From Octopus sinensis (Eukaryota), in contig NC_043016.1 in NCBI RefSeq assembly GCF_006345805.1, positions 7,006,001-7,070,000 of the forward strand: a DNA stretch of 64,000 nt. Direction: 5' to 3'. Position 1 is the first letter of the stretch, and each line of letters begins with the position of its first letter. Positions 1-11,638 of the stretch are shown in pieces. Both the position numbers and the translations under genes were made by a program. A model generated the notes under the pieces. The model had not been told where the DNA came from, searched no databases, and saw only the letters and a program-made list of their open reading frames with translations.

Positions 1-337
1 TATCAATGCAGTAAGGCTGAGGCTGCCAGCCGATGCATGAGGTATTATACGCCTCGATCGTGCAGGAACAAAAGTGTGGCATGCTGGCACGTTGTAAGGG
101 ACAAACAACTTTCTCTATGTATGCGTCACCGACCTAGGGTCTTACAGAGATGCGTTGTGTGTACAAGGGCGCATTGAGCATGAAAAACAAGCGAGAAAGG
201 CATGTGTGGTGCATAAATGAGACAGAGTTAGCATGTGTTTGTGTAACAATGTGTGCTGATGCGTGCGCATGGCCGGGCGCTGAGGAAAGGTGCATGCGTG
301 TGCATATGCACAACATACATTCTTCGAGAGAGAACGA

Positions 338-437
338 NNNNNNNNNNNNNNNNNNNNNNNNNNNNNNNNNNNNNNNNNNNNNNNNNNNNNNNNNNNNNNN
401 NNNNNNNNNNNNNNNNNNNNNNNNNNNNNNNNNNNNN
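338..437. other. Assembly gap (100 N)
   Basis: Run of exactly 100 N. Confidence 1.
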
Positions 438-438
438 G

Positions 439-643
439 CTCTAGGTACAAGGCCTGAAATTTGGTGGGGAGGGGGCCAGTCAATTAGATCGATCCCCGTA
501 CACAGCTGGTACTTAATTTATTGACTCTGAAAGGATGAAAGGCTAAGTCAACTTTGGCAGAATTTGAACTCAGAATGCAAAGACAGATGAAATACTAACC
601 ACTGTGTATTTCGCTTAGCATGCTAATGTTTCTGCCAGCTCGC
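439..643 (-). mobile_element. SINE-A copy (tRNA-like head, tail variant 2)
   Basis: Reverse complement of the gcgagctggcagaaac...gagttcaaattc...cctttcatcctttc...aagtaccag repeat found many times in the window. Confidence 0.8.
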
Positions 644-814
644 TTCCTGTTTACGTCCAGCATGCTTGACAACTGATGTTGCTTTGTTTACCAACTGAGC
701 AGTTTGGCAAAAGAGACTGACAAAATAAGCATGAATCATAAAATAAATAAGTACTGGCATTGATATTTGTTTGGCTAAATCCTACAATGCAGTGCCCCTG
801 CTTGATCACAAGAG

Positions 815-1625
815 AGTGGAGCTGTGTGGTAAGAAGTTTGCTTCCCAACCACATGGTTCTGGGTTCTGTCCCACTACGTGACACCTCGCGTGTCTTCTGC
901 AATAGACGCTGGCTGGCCAAAGCTTTATGAGTGGATTTGGTACATGGAAACTGAAAGAAGCCCATTGTATATATATATATATATATATAATCAAAAAGGG
1001 TAATAACGTAGGTTATTATTACCAGTGGCCTGGCACAAAGACGAATTAGTCATTAGACAAAATATTATTCATATAGAAAAATATTATTCATATAGAAATA
1101 TAATAAAAGGCTCCCAAATAAGGAAGCTAAGTGCTATATATATATATGTTGCTGGTGGCACGTAAAAAGCACCAACTGATCGTGGCCACTGCCAGCCTCC
1201 CTTGGCACCTGTACCGGTGACACGTAAAAAGCATCCACTACACTCACGGAGTGGTTGGTGTTAGGAAGGGCATCCAGCTGTAGAAGCACTGCCAGATCAG
1301 CCTGGTGCAGCCTCCTGGCTTCCCAGACCCCGGTCGAACCGTCCAACCCATGCTAGCATGGAAAACGGACATTAAACGATGATGATGTGTGTGTTTGCGT
1401 GTGTCTTTGAGTCCATGTTTTTTCCCCCACCATCGCCTAACAACCAATGTTGATGTATTTATGTCCCCGTAGCTTAGCAGTTCAACAAAATAGACCGATA
1501 GAGTAAGTACTAGGCTTACAAAGAATAAGTCCTGGGGTTGATTTCTTCGACTAAAACTCTTTAGTCAGTGCTCCAGCATGGGTGCATTCAAATGACTGAT
1601 ACAAGTAAAAAAATGAAAGAATATA
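815..1625 (+). mobile_element. SINE-B copy, split by insertions including an RTE 3' end (~1150-1388)
   Basis: Head gctgtgtggtaag...gggttc...cccact at ~820-975 and tail ...tgctccagcatgg...acaagtaaaa at ~1390-1620 match other SINE-B copies. Confidence 0.7.
1150..1388 (+). mobile_element. RTE-clade LINE 3'UTR fragment with (GAT)n tail
   Basis: ttaggaagggcatccagctgtagaa...ccatgctagcatggaaaacggacattaaacgatgatgatg. The same 3'UTR follows the RTE ORF at 5033-6205 and 13670-14229. Confidence 0.8.
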
Positions 1626-2019
1626 TATATCTGGGTAAAACCTGCATTTATGTATTTTTATATCTACACACACACGTATATATATATATATATATATATC
1701 ATAATAAATCTATTGTTTGCATGGGTCTAATTGATTTTCTACAGTTGGATGCCCTTCCAGTCACTGACCCTCACCTGATAATATTTTCCCATGGTCAGAC
1801 ATGAAGGATTGGAATTGAGCAACTTTATTTACATGACTGGTACTCACTCAAGCATCACAGGATGTCAGGACAAGTGTAACACGCATACCATACGTTGTAC
1901 ATATGTACACACGAACAAAACAGGAAGTGACATTCCTTTACTAGACTGTCATGCTTGTACCTGCTGTCTGGTGACACTCAACCTGTGACTACATAGTTGA
2001 CAAGTAAGGTTCTGAACCA

Positions 2020-2240
2020 CGCAGCCAAATGTGACCTCGTGTGTACCATTGACGATTTTTTTTTTCCCCTCTGTCTTCTCTTCTCTGGATCTTTCCTTCT
2101 CCTATGTTTCCGACGAAGAGCTCCGCTCGAAACGTTAAACTCTCCTTCTTCCCTTCCTTCCTGAGCATCCAATAATACTATACTTGTTCCACGACCTTGC
2201 GTTGTGTTTTTTTTGTGCTTTCTTGTTTGGATTAACTTTA
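2020..2240 (+). mobile_element. Penelope-like element 3' end carrying a hammerhead-like motif
   Basis: Similar to 36385-36595, ends at (TA)n, and contains gttt-ccgacga-a-gagc-tcc-gctc-gaaac-gtt-aaac. Confidence 0.6.
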
Positions 2241-2720
2241 TATATATATATTTATTGTATAATATATATATTTATTGTATATATATATGTATGTATTTCT
2301 CTCTCTCTTTTAACTTTTCTTTTTTCAAAAAAAGGAATGTTTCTCCCAGCGTTCAATGTTTTCCTCTCGTTCTGTTCTAACGACCCTCCATGTTTGTTTA
2401 CGTTCAGCTTCCTTGCATGTCTCCACTGTAATTTTTTTTGTTCCCAACCATGACCCTCCATAAATCCTAAATTTTATTTTAGAATTTATGGGGATCAACT
2501 ATCTTTGTAGACTCATATTGTTGTTAAATGCTTGAAATGAGGATTAGACAGACAGCTAACAACTGATGAAGGGTCCTTTCTCTATGTTAACTCATCCTGT
2601 TTTCCATTTTTTCTCGTTGTTTACGTATTCCACTCATTTTCCCCTCATTTGTTTACATATCTCATGTTATTTGCACCATTGGTGATGTCCTGTAACCATA
2701 TAAGCATACATCATCATCAT

Positions 2721-2874
2721 CATACCAAATGACTGGTGTAGCAGCACTATAGTCAACTGCTACAAAGGAAAAGGTGATACAAATAATTACAGAGGTATCA
2801 AGCTCTTGGATCAGGTAATGAAGGTCACAGAGAGGGTCAAAGCCCAACTAATTAGGGAAAGAGTCAGTTTGGAT
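2721..2874 (+). pseudogene. RTE LINE reverse transcriptase fragment
   Basis: Translates as IPNDWCSSTIVNCYKGKGD..NYRGIKLLDQVMKVTERVKAQLIRERVSLD, paralogous to ~62120-62285. Confidence 0.85.
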
Positions 2875-2925
2875 ATATATATATATATATATTATTATTA
2901 TTTAATAAATTTATATATATATAAT

Positions 2926-3170
2926 CATCATCCATCATCATTTACGTCCGCTTCCATGCTAGCATGGGTTGGACGGTTCAAACCTGGGGTCTGGGGAGCC
3001 CGAAGGCTGCACCAGGCCAGTCAGATCTGGCAGTGTTCTACAGCTGGATGCCCTTCCTAACGCCAACCACTCCGAGAGTGTAGTGGGTGATTTTATGTGC
3101 TACCGACACAGGTGCCAGACGAGGCTGGCGAACGGCCACGCTCGGATGTTGTTTTTATGTGCCACCGACA
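2926..3170 (-). mobile_element. RTE LINE 3'UTR fragment
   Basis: (CAT)n tail followed by ccatgctagcatgggttggacgg...gctggatgcccttcctaacgccaaccactcc. Confidence 0.8.
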
Positions 3171-3171
3171 G

Positions 3172-3203
<32 letters not shown>

Positions 3204-3394
3204 GGATGTATACATATCTCTCTCTCATACACACACACACATCTATGTATCTGTATAGGTGCGGGCATGACTGTGTGGTGATGGAGTTTCCCTTGCAACC
3301 TATGGTACAGTACTCTGGGTAGATGAAGGCCAGAAGTGAGCAATATACTGAAGCAAATTTTGTAGATGGAAAGGAGTTTTTATATGTGTGTATA

Positions 3395-3433
<39 letters not shown>

Positions 3434-3469
3434 ATGTGTGATATATATTATATGTATGTGTATATATTA

Positions 3470-3505
<36 letters not shown>

Positions 3506-3545
3506 TATATATATATAATATATATATATATATACACGTATGTGT

Positions 3546-4060
3546 CATCATCATCTCATCGTTTAACGTCCGTTCTCCATGCTAGCATTGGTTGGCGGTT
3601 CGACTGGGGTCTGGGAAGCCAGGAAGCTGCACCAGGCTCCAATCTGATCTGGCAGCGTTTCTACAGCTGGATGCCCTTCCTACCGCCAACCACTCCGTGA
3701 GTGTAGTGGATGCTTTTTACATTCCATCGGCACAGGTGCCAGGGGAGGCTGGCAACGGCCATGATCGGTTAGCAGCGCTAGCATCGGCCACGTGCAGATG
3801 GTGCTTTTTACATGCCAGTCAAGGCGATGCTGGCATCGGCCACGTTCAGATGGGGCTCTTTACGTGCCACCGGCACAGGTATCACAACTACAATTTCCAT
3901 TTGATGTATTTGATTCAATAGGTCTCCTCAAGCACAGCAGGCCATCCTGCGATCCAAGGTACTTTGGATGGGCTGGGGCTTCTGAGTGAAGCTGGTGCAG
4001 GAAACAGCCATGAACTCACATTATTTGTTGGGTCTTCGTAGTCACAGCATATCTCCAGAG
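3546..4060 (-). mobile_element. RTE LINE 3' fragment (ORF end + 3'UTR)
   Basis: Collinear with ~5033-5590. Confidence 0.8.
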
Positions 4061-4064
4061 GTCT

Positions 4065-4308
4065 CGATTCCCAGACTGATCGTTGTGAGTGTTTATTGAG
4101 TGAAAACACCTAAAAAGCTCCACGCGGCTCTGGCAGGGGATGGTGGCGATCTCTGCTGTACTCTTTCACTACAACTTTCACTCTTTCTTCTGTTAGCCTG
4201 CTCGCTTAACTAGCTGGGTGGTGTCATTTGAAGGCTAAAACAATGTGAAGTGCATTGTGACCAGTGATGTGCAGTAACATCTGATAGCCTGGTCGGTCAC
4301 GGTGATCA
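4065..4308 (+). mobile_element. SINE-D-related fragment
   Basis: cgttgtgagtgtttattgagtgaaaacacctaaaaagctccac, shared with 14539-14820 and 23185-23583. Confidence 0.6.
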
Positions 4309-4503
4309 CATATATACATACACACATACATATATATATATATGTGTATGTATAGGCCTGGTACCGTAGCTCTTTGAGAGATCAGACATTACCAGAAATC
4401 CACTGAACTTCTTCTTCCCTTCTTTCCTGAGCGTTCCATAATACTTTATTTGTTCCACATCCTTGCGTTGTTGTCTTTTTGTTTTCTTGTTTGGATAACT
4501 TTA

Positions 4504-4553
<50 letters not shown>

Positions 4554-4857
4554 AATAAATGCATCAGGCCATGGAAACCATACCGAAACAGACATTGAAG
4601 CATGATGCAGTCTTCTGCTCAGCAGCTCCTGTCAAACCATCCAACCCATGGCAGCATAGAAAGTGAACTTTAAATGATGATGATCATGACACACACACAT
4701 ACATACGTGCATCATCATCATCATTTAACATCTACTTTCCATGCTGGCATGGATTGGACGGTTTTGAATGCCCTCTATTTAATTTTTGTTCCATTTCTAT
4801 ATATATATATATATATACACATACATACATATATATATATGTGTGTATGTATGTATG

Positions 4858-4893
<36 letters not shown>

Positions 4894-4938
4894 ATATATA
4901 CATACACATACATACATTATATATGTGTGTGTATGTAT

Positions 4939-4993
<55 letters not shown>

Positions 4994-5032
4994 TATATGT
5001 AGATATATATATATTATATATATATGTATATA

Positions 5033-6205
5033 TCATCATCATCATTTAATGTCTGTTTTTCACATGCTAATGGGGTTAGACGGTTCAACGGGGTCTGGTA
5101 AGCCATGGAGGCTGCACCAGGCTCCAATCTTGGTCTGGCAGAGTTTCTACAGCTGGATGCCCTTCCTAACGCCAACCACTCCGAGAGTATAGTGGGTGCT
5201 TTTTACGTGCCCCTGGCACAAGTGCCAGGGGAGGCTGGCACTGGCCACGATTGGTTGGTGCTTTATATGTGCCACCGGCACTGAAACCTGTCAAAGAGGT
5301 GCTGGCATCGGCCACGTTCGGATAGTGCTTTTTACGTGCCACTGGCACAGGTATCACAACTACAATTTCCATTTGATTTTTATTTTGATGTTGATGTACT
5401 TGACTCAATAGGTCTCCTCAAGCACAGCAGGTCACCCTACGATCCAAGGTAAGCACAGCAGGTCGTTCTGCGATCCAAGGTACTTTGGATGGGCTGGGGC
5501 TATGCGAAACTGGTGCAGGAAACAGCCATAAACTCACGTGATTTGTCGGGTCTTTGTAGTCACAGCATATCTCCAGAGATCTCGGTCTTTCCTCATTGCC
5601 TCTGTGAGGCCCAACTTTTGAAGGTCATGCTTGACCACCTCATCCCAATTCTTCACACATCTCTCCTCACCCATCCATAGTACATGACCATACCAGCGCA
5701 GACGTATCTCTTGCATGCCACATTCAATGCTTCTTATGTCCAACATTTCTCTCAGGGCACTTACATTCTGTCGTGTGTGCACACTGACATTACACAACCA
5801 GCAGATCATGCTAGCTTCATTTCTTTCAAGCCTACGCATGTCCTCTGCAGTCACAGCCCATGTTTCACTACTGTGAAGCATGGCATTTCACACACATGCA
5901 TCATACAATCTATCTTTCACTCTGAGTGAGAGACCCTTTGTCACCAGTAGGGATAGAAGCTTTCTAAACTTTGCCCAGGCTATTCGTATTCCTAGTGGTG
6001 ACACTCTCTGAGCATCCACCTCCACTACTAACTTGGTCACCTAGGTAGCGAAAGCTATCAACTACTTCTAGTTTCTCCTCCAGTAGTGTGATGGAATCTG
6101 TTTTCTGAGCATCTGTGGTGTCTATTGCCCCTGTGCATCTGCCGCATACGAAAGCTATCTTCTTGGTAAATTTTCCTTTGATGTTGCTGCACCTCTTATG
6201 CGTCT
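5033..6205 (-). mobile_element. 5'-truncated RTE-clade LINE (RT C-terminus + 3'UTR + (GAT)n tail)
   Basis: ORF pieces EVVDSFRYLGDQVSSGGGCSE and MLHSSETWAVTAEDMRRLERNEASM..RLRWYGHVL..DRDLWR are typical RTE motifs; frameshifted. Confidence 0.9.
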
Positions 6206-6287
6206 GCACAATACACATATATATTTGTTTATACTTGTATATGTATGCACATATATATGTGTGTGTGTGTATTTATATATATATGTA

Positions 6288-6666
6288 TCTTTTACTTGTT
6301 TTGGTCATTAGACTGTGCCCATGCTGGGATACCACTGTAAATTTTTAGTTAAATGAATAAACCCCAATACTTATTCTGTCGGACTCTTTAGCCAAATCAC
6401 CAAGTTATGGGGGATGTAAACACACCAACACTGGTTATAAAGTGGTGGTGGTGGGGGACAAACACAGACACAAAGATACACACACACACACTCATGTATA
6501 TATACGATGGGCTTCTTTCAGTTTCTGTCTACCAAATTCACTCACAAGGCTTTGATTAGCTTAAGGCTGTAGTAGAAGACACTTGCCCAAAGTGCCATGC
6601 AGTGGGACTGAACCCAGAACCATGAGGCTGGGAAACAAGTTTATTACCACACAGCCATACCTGTGC
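6288..6666 (-). mobile_element. SINE-B copy
   Basis: Reverse complement of SINE-B with internal (CA)/(TA) tract. Confidence 0.8.
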
Positions 6667-7020
6667 CTATACACACACACACCAAACATACAAACTTGTA
6701 CATATACGCATGTATACTTACACAAATATCCGTATGTATATATCTGTGTGTGTGTGCCCAAACTTGCTTCATGGCTATAGAAACTGGCACATGTCCAAGT
6801 TGCAATGCAGTTGGAAGAAACCCAGATCTCATGAGTGCAAACAAACTTCCTAGCCATTTGGCCATATTGTGTCTGTCTGTCTCTCTCTGCCTACCTCTCT
6901 ATATATGTGTATAAATACATATGTTCATATATATTTGCCTCTGTGTGTATTTGCTACCCTTTTTTTTACATATGTTACCTTGCTCCATCTACAGATTCAG
7001 TCTTTCTAGTGTTATCAACA

Positions 7021-7404
7021 GTGGTAAGTAGCTTGCTTACCAACCACATGGTTCCGGGTTCAGTCCCACTGTGTGGCACGTTGGGCAAGTGTCTTCTACT
7101 ATAGCCTCGGGCCGACCAAAGCCTTCTGAGTGGATTTGGTAGATGGAAACTGAAAGAAGCCCGTCGTATATATGTATATATATGTGTGTGTGTGTTTGTG
7201 TGTCCCCCCCCAACATCGCTTGACAACCGATGCTGGTGTGTTTACGTCCCCGTCACTTAGTGGTTCGACAAAAGAGACCAATAAAATAACTACTAGGCTT
7301 ACAAAGAATAAGTCTTGGGGTCGATTTGCTCGACTAAGGGTGGTGCCCCAGCATGGCTGCAGTCAAAATGATTGAAGCAAGTAAAAGAGTGAAGAGTAAA
7401 AGAG
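7021..7404 (+). mobile_element. SINE-B copy
   Basis: Box A/B-like head, central microsatellite, tail ggtggtgccccagcatggctgcag...(gtaaaaga)n. Confidence 0.85.
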
Positions 7405-7591
7405 TTTGTCATGTACACAACCCCTACCCCAGCACCTGTTATCTTCCGTTTTATAAATTTCCATTTCCTCCCCTTCTCTCCCCTCGATTGTGCCAACCAG
7501 TATTTTTCTAAACCTCTCTTAGAGGAATCATTCAGCTTCCATCAGTTCCTTATCGGAATTGTCTTCTGGACGTGTTGGTATTATACTGTTA

Positions 7592-7830
7592 TGGCGATGA
7601 GCTGGCCGAATTGTTAGCATGCCGGGCGAAATGCTTAGTGGTATTTCGTTTGCCATTACGTTCTGAGTTCAAATTCTGCCGGGGTCGACTTTGCCTTTCA
7701 TCCTTTCGGAGTCGATTAAATAAGTACCAGTTACACACTGGGGTCGACGTAATCGACTTAATCCGTGTGTCTGTTCTTGTTTGTCCTCTCTGTGTTTAGC
7801 CCCTTGTGGGTAGTAAAGAAATAGGTATTT
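7592..7830 (+). mobile_element. SINE-A copy (tail variant 1)
   Basis: ggcgatgagctggccgaattgttagc...gtgggtagtaaagaaataggtattt. Confidence 0.85.
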
Positions 7831-8071
7831 TCCTGATATCACTGGTCACTAGTTTATGTTCTGTGGAACATTCTTACTTCTTCCTTTCTTTCTACTGTAG
7901 GGACAAAGAGACAATTACATTAACCCCAGTACATAACTGATATTTATTTTATTGCTCCCAAAAGGATGAAAGGTGAAGTTGACCTTAGTGACATAAATCT
8001 GGAAGAAGTGTCACTGAGCATTTTGTCTGATGCAGTAATGATTCTGCTAGATCACAGCAGCAGAAGTTACC

Positions 8072-8318
8072 TCAAGGTACTTTGGATGGGCTAGCGCTGC
8101 TCTGTGAAACTGGTGCAGGAAACAGCCATGAACTCACGCTATTTGTCAGGTTTTTGCAGTCACAGCATGTCTCCAGAGATCTCGGTCTTTCGTCATTGCC
8201 TCTGTGAGGCCCAACGTTCGAAGGTCATGCTTGACCACCTCATCCCATGTCTTCCTGGGTCTACCTATACCCAGGATTCCTTCAACTGTTTGGGAGTGGC
8301 ACTTCTTTTCACATTCTT
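8072..8318 (-). mobile_element. RTE LINE ORF C-terminal fragment
   Basis: GRPRKTWDEVVKHDLRTLGLTEAMTKDRDLWR in ORF 8146-8496. Confidence 0.85.
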
Positions 8319-8490
8319 CAGGAGGGGTGAGCCCTGGAAGGGGCAGTATTACTTGGGAACAAGCTATGGGCTCGATCAACCCCCCCCACCTGGGTCTCTG
8401 GGTGAGAGCATCTGTTGAAAAACCTGAAACACTTGATGACTCAAAGATGCAATGATGAAATGATGTGCCCTGCTGTATCACAGGATGACG
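8319..8490 (+). mobile_element. Possible HERO-like (RLE-type) retrotransposon 3' end
   Basis: RRGEPW followed by gatcaacccc...ctgggt...gggtgag...gaaacac...gatgtgccc resembles HERO 3' ends as I recall them; not verified. Confidence 0.35.
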
Positions 8491-8580
8491 TATCATAAAA
8501 CACAGCTTTACCTTGTCTGAGTTATAAAACTGAAAATGAATTATTTCAGGTCTCTTGAAGCTTCTTTTTTTTTTCTTTTC

Positions 8581-8773
8581 TTTTTACTTGTTTCAGTCAT
8601 TTGACTGCGGTCATGCTGGAGCACCGCCTTTAGTCGAGCAAATCGGCCCTGAGACTTATTCTTTGTAAGCCTAGTACTTATTCTATCGGTCACTTTTGCC
8701 AAACTGCTAAGTTACGGGGACATAAACACGCCAGCATCGGTTGTCAAGCAATGCTAGGGGGACAGACACACAA

Positions 8774-8804
<31 letters not shown>

Positions 8805-8963
8805 CATATATATGATGGGCTTCTTTCAGTCTCTGTCTACCAAATTCACTCACAGGGCTTTGGTCGGCCCGAGGCTAAAGTAGAAGACACTTGCCCAAGG
8901 TGCAACACAGTGGGACTGAACCCAGAACCATGTGGTTGGTAAGCAAGCTACTTACCACACAGC
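8581..8963 (-). mobile_element. SINE-B copy
   Basis: Reverse-complement match to SINE-B. Confidence 0.85.
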
Positions 8964-9127
8964 CTCTCAATTTTTAAGATGTATACCAGTGCTACTGAAA
9001 GTGGTGGTCTGCGAGCCATCAGCTGCCAGTACGCTGTGAGTTTCCAGAAAAGAAAGAAACATTAGAAAATGCTTATAAAATGCTTATGTAATGTTGTGTT
9101 ATTTGTTTACAGAATAAATATAAGATA

Positions 9128-9222
9128 CGGCGATACATATTCTAAAATTGGAACGATGCAGAGAAGATTAGCATAGCCCCTGCGCAAAGATGACACAAAT
9201 TCGAGAAGTGTTCCATGTTTTT
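9128..9222 (+). pseudogene. U6: U6 snRNA retro-pseudogene (about 10 nt 5'-truncated), fused to SINE-A
   Basis: cggcgatacatattctaaaattggaacgatgcagagaagattagcatagcccctgcgcaaagatgacacaaattcgagaagtgttccatgttttt aligns to canonical U6 from CGGC to the 3' oligo-T. The ACAGAGA box is mutated to GCAGAGA. Confidence 0.95.
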
Positions 9223-9226
9223 AAAA

Positions 9227-9457
9227 GGCGGCGAGCTGGCAGAAACGTTAGCATGCCGGGCGAAATGCTTAGCAGTATTTTGTCTGCCTCTACGTTCTGA
9301 GTTCAAATTCTGCCGAGGTCGACTTTGCCTTTCATCCTTTCGGGGTCGATTAAATAAGTACCAGTTACACACTGGGGTCGATATAATTGACTTTATCTGT
9401 TTGTCTGTCCTTGTTTGTCCCTTTTGTGTTTAGCCCCTTGTGGGTAGTTAAGAAATA
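9227..9457 (+). mobile_element. Full-length SINE-A (3' half of the U6-SINE chimera)
   Basis: ggcggcgagctggcagaaacgttagc...aagaaata. A 17-bp TSD agaataaatataagata at 9111-9127 and 9458-9474 brackets U6+SINE together. Confidence 0.9.
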
Positions 9458-10959
9458 AGAATAAATATAAGATAGAAAAGATAAACTTGTCAACTTTTAT
9501 TATATTCATTATATATATTGTTTGCTGTATAAATTAATATTACTAAGAAATATTACCGGTCCCTGGCACAGTGGAAAAAAAACTACCGGTATGCCACATC
9601 AGATAGTTTGAGAAGCACTGATGTATACAACACACACACACACACACACATCTGCATATACACTGTTTATAGGCTAGTTACAGTATTATTTATCCTTAAT
9701 GTATATACACTGTTTATAGGCTAGTTACAGTGTTACTCATCCTGACATAACATTTCTTATGGACTTGCTGCATTAAAAACACAATAAATGAAGGGGGAAG
9801 GCAAAAATTATTCTAACAGCAGCAGCAGCCTGTGAGATTTGCAAATTTCATTAAAGGTTTCCATGGGACTTTTCAATGTTGTGTACTCACAACCAGCCAC
9901 GGAAACAGTAAATAAAACACCCCACAGGTGTTGTAAATGGCAGTCTGGGTGAAAGAAAATCCAGTAAATGCAAATGAGGCAGCGTTATATTAAAATAGCC
10001 GAGTATGTATCATAGATAAGGATTTGGCCCAGCGTGCCAACAACAATTTTCATCTCACTCTGTTGTTTATTGTTTTAAAACAGCACATCTATAAGAGATG
10101 TTATCTCTGCACAAACACTTCAGTAACTTGGCCTATCAACAGGCCTCGACTGTTTTTCACGCTGAAGGAGAGGCCCTTAGTTTCCAACAGAGTTAGAAGC
10201 TCTCTGAACTTTGCCCAGCATGTTTTATGAATAGTTGTCTTTACTGAAGTGATAATTAATTAAAAGTGGAAGGAATGCTCTGAAAATATAATGAGCAAAA
10301 TGATAACACAGATACACATGTACACACACAGCATCATTATTATCATCGTTATATGAGCCAAGCAAAATGACAATTTGTCTAATTTTATGTTCTGGTTTCA
10401 AATTCCATGGAAGTCACCTTTGCCTTTCACTCTTGTGGGGTCAATAAATACCAGTTACATACTAGGGATCAAGGTAATTAACTAGTCCCCTCCCACAAAA
10501 TTTCAGGCCTTGTACCTTTAGTAGAAAGGATTTTATGAACACCTCTGTGCTGACATGGGTGGGATGGGTTGACACATTCTGTGTTAGTTCTTATTTGGCA
10601 TTACTACTCTCTTAGGGGTGGGGTCAATCAATCATGAATATAATTGCAGAAAAGCATAACTGGTGTAAGGTGAGTTTGAGGTGCGAATGACAGGCAACGG
10701 CAGGGTGTTAGTATCATAGTAAGAGTGACAGATGGCAAGAACAGGGTCTCTGGGGACAAGTAAATAATAATGACAGGTCACAGGAGTGTTAGGATTGTAT
10801 GTATTGATTACATACATGCCCTATGTGACCCCTTATACATGGGCATTGTCACAGGCCAGGGTAAAGTGTTAAAAGATGGTGTTAGTATAGGCTGAATAAG
10901 GGTAGATCCAGTATTACAGGGGCCACATGGGTGGTACGGAAATGAGTGGTGCCTGATCC

Positions 10960-11393
10960 TTAAGCATTCAAATCACTCAATCAAATGTAATGCTTATTTA
11001 TTCACATTGTTTTGAATTTATCCTGCATTGTCCAGTAGCCTTGAAATCTCCCCGATGTGATTGTTGATGTTCAAATTGACGTTGTGGGGTAGATGCCAGA
11101 CACCAAGTCTACCCGGTTTGAACATAAAGCAAGCAGAATATTTAGGCAGGATATGGCCCGATTAAGTGCTAAAGGGTTAAACCAGCCATATTCAGCCCCC
11201 AATTTTTTCTACCTGTTTTATGTTCAAACCAGCCAGATCTGGCTTCTCACACCTACCCTACAATGTCATTCTAAAAAATAAATGATCACATCATCAAAAT
11301 CTTAATGCTACAAGATCAGGCATGATCAGTTCAAAACAATGTAAAGAAAAAGGTATCATATTTGATGGAATAATCTGAATGTTAAAGAGTTGA
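10960..11393. mobile_element. Two head-to-head piggyBac-type MITE family 2 copies
   Basis: gctaaagggttaa end at 11168-11180. The internal sequence matches 34969-35510 and 49685-50575 in opposite orientations. Confidence 0.65.
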
Positions 11394-11458
11394 GGGACAG
11401 GGTTGCAGATGTGTATTTGGGAGCAGACATGCCATCAGCCTCCAATATTATCACCTTT

Positions 11459-11490
11459 GGGTTCGAATCCCACTTCTGACAAGTATCTTT
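11459..11490 (+). pseudogene. 3' fragment of tRNA-Leu(CAA-type) with apparent pre-tRNA trailer, fused to SINE-A
   Basis: gggttcgaatcccacttctgaca matches the T-arm/acceptor 3' end of metazoan tRNA-Leu(CAA) as recalled. No CCA; followed by agtatcttt. Confidence 0.7.
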
Positions 11491-11638
11491 CGCGGTCGAC
11501 TTTGCCTTTCATCCTTTCGGGGTCGATAAATAAAGTACCAGTTTCGCACTGGGGTTGATGTAATCGACTTAATCCCTTTGTCTGTCCTTGTTTGTCCCCT
11601 CTCTGTTTAGCCCCCTGTGGGTAATAAAGAAATAGATA
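11491..11638 (+). mobile_element. 5'-truncated SINE-A (3' half of the tRNA-SINE chimera)
   Basis: cgcggtcgactttgcctttcatcctttcggggtcgataaa...aagaaata. 15-bp TSD aatattatcaccttt at 11444-11458 and 11639-11653. Confidence 0.85.

Noticed and set aside
1-337. CpG-richer segment before the gap
   Set aside because: Truncated by the window edge and the gap; no recognisable motif.
9128-9222. Functional U6 gene
   Set aside because: 5'-truncated, ACAGAGA box mutated, TSD-flanked, and no upstream promoter evident.
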